From Octopus sinensis (Eukaryota): 42,977 bases of DNA. Both the position numbers and the translations under genes were made by a program. The stretch covers positions 1 through 42,977 of the forward strand of contig NW_021835072.1 of the NCBI RefSeq assembly GCF_006345805.1, written 5' to 3'. Below are positions 25,742 through 37,100 of the stretch, piece after piece. The number at the start of each line of letters is the position of its first letter. The first letter of the stretch is position 1. Below the pieces are notes generated by a model. It searched no databases. It had not been told where the DNA came from and saw only the letters and a list, made by a program, of their open reading frames with translations.

Positions 25742-26157
25742 ATACATAAAAGCATACATACATACATACATACATACATACATACATACATACATACATA
25801 CATGCATACATACATGCATACATACATAAAGATATATATACATACATACATACTTACATACATACATGCATACATGCATGCATACATACATATATACATA
25901 CATACATACATACATATATAAATATATACATACATACATGCATACATACATACATACATACATATATACATACATGCATACACACATACATGCATATATA
26001 CATACATACATGCATACATACATACATACATACATTACATACATACATAAATACATACATACCATACACATATATACATACATACATACATACATACATA
26101 CATACATACATACATACATACATACATACATACATACATACATACATACATACATAC
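25742..26157. repeat. (TACA)n microsatellite
   Basis: Directly visible. Confidence 0.95.
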
Positions 26158-26950
26158 GTGACAACAGATGCAGACTGTGGAATTAACACCGAAGATATCC
26201 CACTCATCACAAGCAGCTGTTGGAAAATGTCATCACGGTATAATCTACCGATGAGACATGATGCTGTAGCTGGGGCACTCTAAAATGGAATCCGCCGGAG
26301 GGATAAACCCGTGGAAAAAAAATAAAGAACCCACAGTGTGGTAGAAGGCATAGCTACTCATAATAAAAAGGAATACGGGTGGAATGTACCAGTGAAGACC
26401 TCAAAAAAATGTAAGCACAACAGACCTGATATAATGATTTGGGATAGAGAAGAGAAACTGTGTACGGTTGTGGAAATTAGCTGCCCAGCGGATGTTAACA
26501 TAAAGCTGAAGATCAGTGAAAAAGAGGATACCTGCGCTGAACTATTAAGAAATCTGCAGTTACTCTATCCAGATTACAAGTTTATTGGGGCTCTGGAATA
26601 TGTAACACTGCCTAAATCTTAAGAAATTAGGCTTTTCAAAGCCAGAAAGGAGAAAGCTAATTCGAGGACTACAGATCCAATTCATCACTGGAACTGTAAA
26701 AATCTGTAAAACTTTCCAGAAGTTTATCATTTAAATATATATATGAGCATGTCTAGATATACAACTATATGCATAAGAATACATACATAAAACAAAACAT
26801 ACAAATCTTCACATATACATATGTACATACATACATGCAAACAAAAATACCCTGTTGTTAAAGTTGAAATTCCAATGAAGGGAACTTGGATCTAGGTTAG
26901 AAACCGGCTCTTTTTCTTCTGGCAAGAAACCTTGAAATAAAACTTAACAA
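26158..26950 (+). pseudogene. 5'-truncated RLE-type (R4-like) retrotransposon: CCHC knuckle, restriction-like endonuclease, 3' UTR
   Basis: DNRCRL/CGINTEDI...SSC...RHDAVA, then WNVPVKT...KHNRPDIMIWDREEKLCTVVEISCPADVN...EKED and ...TGTVKICKTFQKFII* (stop 26732-26734); several stops and frameshifts. Confidence 0.9.
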
Positions 26951-27260
26951 TGGTGTGTACATACACATTGACATAGTGACATACTGAAACACAGACAGAC
27001 AGACAGACAGAGGATTAAACAGAAAGATTGATTGGGAGACAGATTGAAAACTGTAGATAAAGTGCTAGACAGACAAATATAGACATGGAGAGGTAGAAAA
27101 ATAGATAGATAGATAGATAGATAGATGGATGATAGAAGGCATTGACAAACCGATATGATAAGGTGGAAATTGATATATGTAATCATATGAACATGTGTAG
27201 ACAAACGTGAAGTAACTAAGTAACCGTGCTAATGTACATGTATTATGTGTGTGTGTGTAC

Positions 27261-27324
<64 letters not shown>

Positions 27325-27405
27325 ATGTGTAATTATATATAAGTGTATATATATATATATATGTATGCATATATATATGTATATATATGTATATGTATTG
27401 ATATA

Positions 27406-27450
<45 letters not shown>

Positions 27451-27574
27451 CAAACATATATAATATACAAACATATATATATATGTATATACAAACAAAT
27501 ATGTATATGTATTTATACGCATATCTATGAGTCTGTGTGTGTATATATATAGAGAGATAGATAGATGGATAGAT

Positions 27575-27694
<120 letters not shown>

Positions 27695-27838
27695 GTTTTA
27701 AATCTCTGAGTGAGAGAAATACAGTAACGGTACCGGATAATAATTTTTATATGCCAACAAAATGTGGCAGAATGTGTCGCTTTAAAAATATATAGTATTT
27801 GCAAGTGGACAGAGCTTTCATCACTAACTTGTGGTTGT

Positions 27839-27880
27839 CTCACACTGATGACGGAAAATACAGAAACCTAGGTCTATGAG
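27839..27880 (+). ncRNA. Minimal type I hammerhead-ribozyme-like motif
   Basis: CTCACA-CTGATGA-CGGAAAATACA-GAA-ACCTAGGT-C-TATGAG: intact core, palindromic stem III, GTC triplet, stem I 5/6 paired, weak stem II. Confidence 0.7.
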
Positions 27881-28045
27881 TTTCACGTAAGGTTAGAGAT
27901 AGGAGCGATGACTTCCCTTGCAAATGCTATACGGACACAACTGTCTGTCGATAGCCAGCTGGAAAAGATGTTTTCCTGGGGCTAAAACAACAGAAACATC
28001 GTCCTTTATAGGACTGCCACATTCTGTTGGCATATAACCCCTACC

Positions 28046-28049
<4 letters not shown>

Positions 28050-28093
<44 letters not shown>

Positions 28094-28302
28094 ATGTGTG
28101 TGTGTGTGTGTGTATGTATACATAATTTATAGTTTCTGAGGAACATTCCAGGGAGCCGTAATGAAATATAACGTCTTCAACGATAAGTCGATTGCATGCA
28201 CACACACACACACATACACTCATACGTACATACATACATACATACATACATACATACATACATACATACATACATACATACATACGTACATACATACATA
28301 CA

Positions 28303-28336
<34 letters not shown>

Positions 28337-28481
28337 GACACGCACCTACATGTGTATGTGTGCTCTCTATGGAAATATATGTGTGCGTGTGTATGGGTGT
28401 GTGCATATGGACATATGTGTGTGAATATGTGTGTATAGGTGAGTATCTGAGCTTGTGTGTGCGTGAGTGCGTGTGTGTATG

Positions 28482-28562
<81 letters not shown>

Positions 28563-28990
28563 TTGTATCTATATATGTTAATATATGAGTGAATATGTGT
28601 ATAGATATGTGTGTGAAAATGTGTGTATATGTGAGTGTGTGCGCTTGTGTGTGAGTGCGTTCGTGTGTATACTTGTATATATATTTGTGTGTGTGTGTGT
28701 CTGTGTGTTAGTGTGTATATAAGTGTGTGTGAGAATGTGTATATATTTGAGTGTGTGTATGTGTGCCTTTGCATGTTTGTGTGTGTATATAAGTGTGTGT
28801 GTGTGTGTGTGTGTATGTGCGTATTTGCGTGTTTGTGTGTCTTTGCGTGTTTGTGTGTGTATATAAGTGTGTGTGTGTGTGTGTAAATGTGTCTATGTGT
28901 TTGTGTGTATATAAGTGTGTGTGAGAATGTGAGCATATGTGAGTGTGTGCTTGTGTGTGAGTGCTTGTATGTGTGTGTGCGTGTATACAT
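28050..28990. repeat. Compound (TA)n/(TACA)n/(TG)n microsatellite
   Basis: Directly visible. Confidence 0.92.
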
Positions 28991-29139
28991 ATATCCACAC
29001 ACAGATGCAGATGGACAGTTACAGAGGCCAGCTGCACTCTAGATTTAAACATTTCTTTGAATGTTTCTTCGGGTAAGAGAGAGATCATCCATGAACAGCT
29101 GCCTCGAAATCTGGAGCGTCTCTTCACAGATTAAAAATA

Positions 29140-29540
29140 GAGTGGCTGTGTGGTAAGTAGCTTGCTAACCAACCACATGGTTCCGGGTTCAGTCCCACTG
29201 CGTGGCACTTTGGGCAAGTGTCTTCTACTATAGCCTCGGGCCGACCAATGCTTTGTGAGTGGATTTGGTAGGCGGAAACTGAAAGAAGCCCGTCGTATAT
29301 ATGTATATATATATGTGTGTTTGTGTGTCTGTGTTTGCTCCCCTAGCATTGCTTGACAACCGATGCTGGTGTGTTTACGTCCCCGTCACTTAGCGGTTCG
29401 GCAAAGAGACCGATAGAATAATACTAGGCTTACAAAGATAAGTCCCGGGGTCCCTGGGTCGAGTGTCGACTAAAGGCGGTGCTCCAGCATGGCCGCAGTC
29501 AAATGACTGAAACAAGTAAAAGAGTAAAAAAAAAAGAGTA
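29140..29540 (+). mobile_element. SINE family A, near full length
   Basis: Aligns to 11496-11902. Confidence 0.93.
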
Positions 29541-29567
29541 TTTACGTTCCTTTGAATACGATTTGTG

Positions 29568-30240
29568 AAGGCGGGTGGCCCAGTGGTTAAGCATTTGTAC
29601 TGGCGATCGCAAGATCGGCGGTTCGATTCTCTGACTGTGCGGCGCATTGTGGTTCTTGAGCAAAACACTTAACTATTCCTTTACTGCCCACAGGGGCTAA
29701 ACCCAGAGAGGGAAAACAAGGACAACAGGACGATTAATTCGATTACCTCGACCCAGTGCGTAACGTACTTAATTTATCGACCCCGAAAGGATGAAAGCAA
29801 GTCGACCTTCGGGCGGAATTTGAATCAGAAACGTAAAGGCAGACGAAATACCTATTTCTATTACCCACAGGGCTAAACACAAGGGGACAAACAGGACGAT
29901 AGACGGATTTCGCATTATATCGACCCCATTCGTAACTGGTACTTAATTTATCGAACCCGAAAGGATGAAAGGCAAAGTCGACCTAGGCGGTATTTGAACT
30001 CAGAACGTAACGGCAGACGAAATACGGCTACGCATTTCGCCCGGCGTGCTAACGTTTCTGCCAGCTCGCCACACTTAGCGTGGCGTTGTTCCAGTTCTCC
30101 ATTTGATCGGTGGGGTGCGGCGGTGTTGGCCTGTTCGCCTGGCCAGCGGGGTGGCGTCGTTTGAAAGGTAAGACAATGCAAAACGGATTGTGACCAGCGA
30201 TGTGTAACAACATTTGGAAGTCTGATCGGTCACGTGAACA
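29568..30240 (+). mobile_element. tRNA-derived SINE (family D) interrupted by a SINE B dimer
   Basis: Head GGCCCAGTGGTTAAG...GGTTCGATTCT at 29568-29671; the body resumes after 30077. Confidence 0.6.
29673..30070 (-). mobile_element. SINE B with tandemly duplicated body
   Basis: 7-bp TSD ACACTTA (29665-29671, 30071-30077); same internal junction as 10477-10873. Confidence 0.85.
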
Positions 30241-30358
30241 CATGATACATACTGCTGCAGTTGGCTACCTTAGTAAATGCTTTAGCGATAACTCCGAAAA
30301 ATGGTATTTTCAAGAAATTTTGATTTACTGTCGGGTGACTTTTGGCCAACCTTATATG

Positions 30359-30530
30359 CGCAGGCGTGACTGTGTGGTAAGAAGCTCGCTTCCCAGCCAT
30401 ATGATTCGGGGGTTCAGCCTCACTACGTGACACATTGGGCCTAGTATTTTGGGCCAAGTGTCTCCTACTACAGCCTCGGGTTGAGTAAGGTTTTGTGAGT
30501 AGATTTGGAAGACGGAAACTGAAAGAAGCC
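30359..30530 (+). mobile_element. SINE A-related 5' half (variant head)
   Basis: GCAGGCGTGACTGTGTGGTAAGAAGC...GACGGAAACTGAAAGAAGCC; stops before the internal microsatellite. Confidence 0.8.
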
Positions 30531-30542
30531 TTCTTGAAAAAA

Positions 30543-30854
30543 CGGACCTTATCAAAAATATTTTAAAAAGTTAAGTGTAATAAAAAAGTTCATAATTGTT
30601 TCTTACTGGTCTCAACAGAGTCCACGTGGTGGTGTTTTGTGGGGCGGGGAGCATAATGGATGTCTTGTGCGCTGACTAGATTCGTTGGCTGTAATCATGA
30701 AAAATTACAGCCAACGAAACTAGTCAGCGCACAAGACAGCCATTATGCTCCCCCACACAAAACACCACCACGTGGACTCTGCTGAGACCAGTAAGAAACA
30801 ATTATGAACTTTTTTATTACACTTACCTTTTAAAAATATTTTTGATAAGGGCCG
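30543..30854. repeat. 312-bp foldback (two ~152-bp inverted arms, 7-nt spacer); possible MITE
   Basis: 30543-30695 is the near-perfect reverse complement of 30703-30854 (roughly 8-10 differences by eye). Confidence 0.95.
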
Positions 30855-31479
30855 ATTATAAGCGCTAAGCTGTAACGTGTATAAATATAAACTTGTTACC
30901 AGTTCTGATATGCTTGAGGTGTATTCGAACCCGTAAGGAATTCATTCGCTGTGTTTTGGCCATGGCGAAAATTTCTCCCTGTGAACAAATAGGTGTAGAT
31001 GGATACATACATTTCGGGGTATGTATGTATGTATATATGTATGTATAAATATTTATGTGCGTTCGTGCTAATGCTTAAGTGGTTAAAATTTCTTTGGAGT
31101 TTATGTTGTGTCTCTGCTTGTCTCGCAACTTAGCGTTTCGATAAACAGATTGCGATAAAACCAGTAACAGACCGTAATAATGATATTTTCAACATCTCAG
31201 AAAAAATATATGCGAAACTGGGCTGGTTGCATTTATTATCTTGAAACTCGTCAGATTAACCACACGTTCACATCTTCCCATAATCCGGAGTAACAGTAAC
31301 AAAAACCACACCATTATTATTGAAACGTAAACAAACAAACAAACATACGTCTAGACACAACTGTACTCGAATACAAAACGAAATAAAGCCGTTATACATA
31401 AAACGTTAGTGTGATTAATAACCGAGCAAAATCTTGGAGTTTTGCCCGCGTCGAAAGATAACAACGCTTTTAATAATAA

Positions 31480-31516
<37 letters not shown>

Positions 31517-31529
31517 TCATAATAATGAT

Positions 31530-31564
<35 letters not shown>

Positions 31565-31749
31565 ATAATAATGATAATAATAATAATAATAATGATAATA
31601 ATAATGATATTAATAATGACAAATAATAGTTTGTTGTTTTTATGGGTCTAGCCACTGGACTGCAGCCATGCTTTACGATATGTCGATTGCATTGACCTCA
31701 TAGCTATTACTCAATTCATTGATCTCTCTCTCTCTCTCTCTCTCTCTCC

Positions 31750-31805
<56 letters not shown>

Positions 31806-31914
31806 CAACACACACACCATCCACCAACACACACATATGTATGCTTGCCTGTATGTATGTATGTATGTATGTATATATATATATCAAAGAGTCTCTTTAT
31901 GGTGTCTTTACCCT

Positions 31915-31947
<33 letters not shown>

Positions 31948-32027
31948 GCAATCGCATCGTGGAAGGTTTTGTAAGCCATTTAAGAAACCACAAAATCTGT
32001 TAGATTCACTTCAACGTTTAAGTTTAA

Positions 32028-32078
32028 TTTGTCAAAATATTTTCGTCGCTTTGAGACCGCGACCTGTTCAATGACAAA
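32028..32078 (-). ncRNA. Minimal type I hammerhead-like motif with variant core
   Basis: Reverse complement TTTGTCA-TTGAACA-G-GTCGC(GGTCTCAAA)GCGAC-GAA-AATATT-T-TGACAAA: perfect 7-bp stem I, 5-bp stem II, palindromic stem III. Confidence 0.6.
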
Positions 32079-32112
32079 ATTCCGTGCTGCATCTGAGCAT
32101 ATATGCATATAT

Positions 32113-32320
32113 TCTTTTATTCTTTTATTTGTTTCAGTCATTTGACTGCGGTCATGCTGGAGCACCGCCTTTAGTCGAGCTAATCGACTACAGGGCTTAT
32201 TCTTTGTGAGCCTAGTACTTATTCCATCGGCCTCTTTTGCCGAAGCACTAGGCTACGGGGACGTAAACACACCAGCATCGGTTGTCAAGCGGTGTTAGGG
32301 GGACCAACAAAGATAAACTA

Positions 32321-32384
<64 letters not shown>

Positions 32385-32520
32385 GGCGGGCTTATTTCAG
32401 TTTCCGTCTACCAAATCCACTCACAAGACTTTGGTCGACATTTAGAAGACATTTATTCAAGATGCCACGCAGTGGGACTGAACCCGGAACCATGTAAGCA
32501 AGCTACTTATCACACAACCA

Positions 32521-32523
<3 letters not shown>
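32113..32523 (-). mobile_element. SINE family A (small internal deletions)
   Basis: Aligns to the other A copies. Confidence 0.9.
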
Positions 32524-32562
<39 letters not shown>

Positions 32563-32604
32563 CTTTATCTCTTCTTCTTGTTCTTTAATCAAGCTTAGTA
32601 TTCT

Positions 32605-32775
32605 TCTATCGGTTTCTTTCGTCTGCCGCCACGTTCTGAGTTAAAATTCCGCCGAGGTCGACTTTGCCTTTCTTTTTTTCGGGGTCGATTAAATAAGTAC
32701 CAGTTACGCACTGGGGTCGATGTAATCGACTTAATACCTATGTCTGTCCTTGTTTGTCTCTTGTAGGTAGTAAAT
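32605..32775 (+). mobile_element. SINE B, 5'-truncated
   Basis: TTTCGTCTGCCGCCACGTTCTGAG...AAGTACCAGTTACGCACTGGGGTCG. Confidence 0.88.
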
Positions 32776-32973
32776 GCAAGTTTACATTGTCGCAAGGAAG
32801 CAGATGTTAACACATGGGAGATTCAATCAGAATGTGTAAGGATCACAATCAAGATATCCTTGGCCTCACGAGTAGCCTGCGTTATGTCCCTCGCTTGGAT
32901 ATTTACCACTTCTGAGGTTCCGCTTGTTGTGAGACGTATGTAGTCCAGGTCTTAACTACTTCATTCCTTGAGT

Positions 32974-33212
32974 TTTGTTTTCAGTCACTTGATTGCGGCC
33001 ATGCTGGAGCATCGCCTTTAGTCGAACAAATTGTCCCCCGGGACTTATTCTTTGTAAGCCTAGTACTTATTCTATCGGTCTATCTTACCGAACCGCTAAG
33101 TTACGGAGACAAATACACGAGCTTCGGTTCTCAAGCGATGTTGGGGGGGGGGCAACACAGACACACAAACACATACATACATACATACATACATACGTAT
33201 ATATATAATATA

Positions 33213-33253
<41 letters not shown>

Positions 33254-33260
33254 TACAATA

Positions 33261-33303
<43 letters not shown>

Positions 33304-33342
33304 CATACATATAATACAATACATACATACATACATATATAC

Positions 33343-33374
<32 letters not shown>

Positions 33375-33508
33375 GACGACGTGCTTCTTTCATTTTCCGT
33401 CTACCAAATCCACTCAGAAGACACTTGCCCAAGGTGCCACGCAGTGGGACTGAACCCGGAACCATGTGGCTGGTAAGCAAGCTACTTACCACACAGCCAC
33501 TCCTGCGC
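32974..33508 (-). mobile_element. SINE family A with expanded internal (TA)n
   Basis: Both halves align to A copies and are separated by about 215 bp of microsatellite. Confidence 0.9.
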
Positions 33509-33729
33509 ACACACACACAATTATGCATTCACACTGATGTACACACACACTACCATACACACACATACATAGTTACACACAAAGAAAGAGAGAAGTAAGA
33601 GGTATGATATGTAACCGAAGGAGGAAAAGATTATTTAATACGTGGTCCATAGATGTATTCATGGATTTATATAAACTGGGATTGTTGGTCATGATAACTC
33701 GAGTTACGCGAATTGCAAGCGTTCAGGTG

Positions 33730-33761
<32 letters not shown>

Positions 33762-34171
33762 ACACACACACACTCACACACATACACACACACATACACA
33801 CATACACATACATACACACACTCACACACGTACACACACACACATACACACATACACACATGCACACACACGTACACACACACACACACACACACATACA
33901 CACATACACACACACACTCACACACACGTACACACACACACACACTCACACATACACACATACACACACACACACATACACAGATACACACACACATACA
34001 CACACACACTCACACCCACACACACACACACGTACACTCACACACACATATACACACATACACACACACACATATACACACATACACACACACACACACA
34101 TACACACATACACACACATACACACACACACACGTACACACATACACACACACAAACGTGCACACACACAC

Positions 34172-34207
<36 letters not shown>
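33730..34207. repeat. (CA)n/(CATACA)n microsatellite
   Basis: Directly visible. Confidence 0.95.
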
Positions 34208-34210
<3 letters not shown>

Positions 34211-34465
34211 CTTGCAGTACTTCTGGAGTAAGCTACATAATTTATATATCTTATCGTTGCTTTTTTTTATTTACTTATTTATGTTTTTATTTCGTTTCTT
34301 ATCGCAGTCTGTTGACTAATAAATGCAGTTCTGGCTGACATCTCTTCTCTCTCTCCGTGTTAGTAACGGGACCGGGGTGTGATGTGGGGTGGGGGCGGGG
34401 GTATTGGCGACTAGATTCCACCTCGTATCTACATATCTAAAGAAGATTAGTGAGGAATTTGGCGA

Positions 34466-34633
34466 TAGTAGTAGTAGTAGTAGCAGTAGTAGTAGTAGTA
34501 GTAGTAATAGTAGTAGTAGTAGCAGTAGCAGTAGTAGTATAGTAGTAGTAGTAGTACTAGTAGTAGTAGTAGTAGTAGTAGTAGTAGCAGTAGTAGTAGT
34601 AGTAGTAGTAATAGTAGTAGTAGTAGCAGTAGC

Positions 34634-34664
<31 letters not shown>

Positions 34665-34681
34665 CTAGTAGTAGTAGTAGT

Positions 34682-34713
<32 letters not shown>

Positions 34714-34726
34714 TAGTAGTAGTAGC

Positions 34727-34768
<42 letters not shown>

Positions 34769-34810
34769 GGCGGCGGCGACGGTGGTTGTGATGGAGGTAG
34801 TGGTAGTGTC

Positions 34811-34843
<33 letters not shown>

Positions 34844-35132
34844 TGTTGTAGTAGCAGTAGTAGTAGTAGTAGTAGCAGTAGTAGTAGTGGTGGTGGTTGT
34901 GGTCGTAATGGTGGCAGTAGTGATGATGGTGGTAGTTGTAGTCGTGGTGGTAGTGGTAGTGGGGGTTATGGTAGTGGTGAGAGTAGTAGTAGTAGTGGTA
35001 GTGGTAGTAGTAGTAGTGGTGCTGGTGGCGGTAGTAGTAGTAGTAGTAGTAGTAGTGGTGATGGTGGTCATGGTGGTAGTGGTAGCTGCAGCAGCTGCTG
35101 TAGAAACAATTGTTGTAGTAGTAGTAGTAGTA

Positions 35133-35173
<41 letters not shown>

Positions 35174-35210
35174 ACCGAGGCAGCAGCAACAGTACTAGCA
35201 GCAGCAGCAG
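34466..35210. repeat. (TAG)n/(TGG)n trinucleotide array
   Basis: Directly visible. Confidence 0.95.
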
Positions 35211-35588
35211 CAGTATTGTATATTAGTGATAGTGGATGTGTAAATGGATCTCTGCCTCTTGCGACGAGGATTACCCAGTTGTTCGTTCAACTGAACTACC
35301 TGCTTGTTGAATTAGCAGACAAGTGGTTGAGTATTCCATTTGAATTTTAAAAAATCTATGCTTTTCATCCTTTAAAATCAGTGGGGTAACGTCGGCGTAA
35401 ATAGATATATTTTGGAGTAATTGGTTAGAAATGTCCCCCGACCCCTTCAATTCAATTAACTTCCAGATTAATTTGATGAATGTGTAGATTATAATTGGGA
35501 TGAGCGGCGTTAATTAAACCTTTTATCTCGTTTCTAGCCATGTGTTTATGTTGCTATGGTAAACTGAATCCCCCCTCTCTCTCTCTAA

Positions 35589-35793
35589 ACTCTTTTACTT
35601 GTTTCAGTCATTTGACTGCGGCCATGCTGGAGCACTGCCTTTAATCGAGCAACTCGACCCCGGGACTTATTCTTTTTGTAAAGCCCAGTACTTATTCTAT
35701 CGGTCTCTTTTGCCGAACCGCTAAGTAACGGGGACATAAACACACCAGCATCGGTTGTCAAGCAATTCTAGGGGGACAAACACAGACACACAA

Positions 35794-35824
<31 letters not shown>

Positions 35825-35996
35825 CATATATACGACGGGATTCTTTCAGTTTCCGTCTACCAAATCCACTCACAAGGCTTTGGTCGGCCCGAGGCTATAG
35901 TAGAAGACACTTGCCCAAGGTGCCACGCAGTGGGACTGAACCCGGAACCATGTGGTTGGTAAACAAGCTACTTACCACACAGCTACTCCTGCGCCT
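35589..35996 (-). mobile_element. SINE family A, full length
   Basis: Tail through head CACAGCTACTCCTGCGCC. Confidence 0.93.
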
Positions 35997-36482
35997 GTAG
36001 TCATCTGTTTTAATTTTCTCCTTCGTTTCTGTGCTGTGTTTTATCGGTTTCAGTTACTCCACAGTATTTATATTGGTGGTTCTGGTTTTTTTAAACGTCG
36101 GTTCCTGTATCTAATTAAAGGTTCTAATTTTTAGTTAATTTGCCTCTTATTATAATAGCTTTTGCATATGTATATAATCCTATACTCACTTTGGCACAAC
36201 TAGAGATATGTGCTGCCCCCTACTGACTTTGTTTCTCTATAATTTTACGTAAAATAGTGACTTTTTAATAAAATTTTCCAGAGATACATTTTAGACAACG
36301 CAGATTAAGGTTATTTCAGAATTTTTGGTAAAAAATGCTCTGGGATGGGTGGAGAGGATTTTTGGATAATTCACACACTTCGAATTTGTTTCCTCATAAC
36401 TTTGTGAAATATGGATATTTTTAGATAAAATTTTGAAGAAATACGTGTTCCAGATGATGTAGATTACGATTACATCGGAATT

Positions 36483-36673
36483 TATACTTTACCAACCGTA
36501 TTCTTCATCAGTATGGATACTCTGTTATAATCTGGAGGTACTAGAACATCTGAACGAATTCATTCATATAACGGTGTAGGCCGTTTGCACTGATGAAGAA
36601 TACGGTTGGTAAAGTATATATATTTTTTATATTCTTTACGTAAGACCTAATTCAGAAACGCGCGTCTATGGAT
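36483..36673. ncRNA. Two partial copies of one hammerhead-like motif in inverted orientation
   Basis: Perfect 30-bp inverted repeat (36483-36512 / 36589-36618) containing CTGATGAAGAAT. The + copy continues to ATTCA-GAA-ACGCGCGT-C-TATGGAT; the - copy carries the complementary ATCCATA before CTGATGA. Confidence 0.7.
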
Positions 36674-36850
36674 GATCAGATATCGATTGATTTTCGTTTG
36701 CTTTACCCACTGCCTGTGTGTTTAAACTTCAAGTATTTTGAGTTCTCTGGAAGACCCTTTTTAAAGTAGAAGAAATGGCTAAGATCTTGGCTGCTATTTC
36801 TGAACTTCGGTATGCGGCGACGCAATTCTTTTGCCGAACCCTTTTTATTA

Positions 36851-36887
<37 letters not shown>

Positions 36888-37057
36888 TTAATTGTTATCG
36901 CCATATTAATATGGCAATCTTATAGATATAAGACTAAAAGCTGTCGCTGATTAGCTCCATTAGGCCATCGCCTTAAGATAGCTATATGACACACAAACTG
37001 TGTCCATTAGAACCTTCGAACAAGGGAGGTCAGCCGCTTCACACTGCTAGTCAGACA

Positions 37058-37100
37058 GCTACAGACGCGTTTCAGGGTATTTGCCCCTTGTCAATGTAGC
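37058..37100 (-). ncRNA. Minimal type I hammerhead-like motif, core decayed
   Basis: Reverse complement GCTACA-TTGACAA-GGGG(CAAATA)CCCT-GAA-ACGCGT-C-TGTAGC: 6-bp stem I, 4-bp stem II, palindromic stem III. TTGACAA is two transitions from CTGACGA. Confidence 0.7.

Noticed and set aside
28986-29135. Complex island with a GTAAGA donor-like site (MQMDSYRGQLHSRF...) and minus-strand RQLFMDDL resembling an RT motif
   Set aside because: Too short, no good acceptor, and no recognisable family in any frame.
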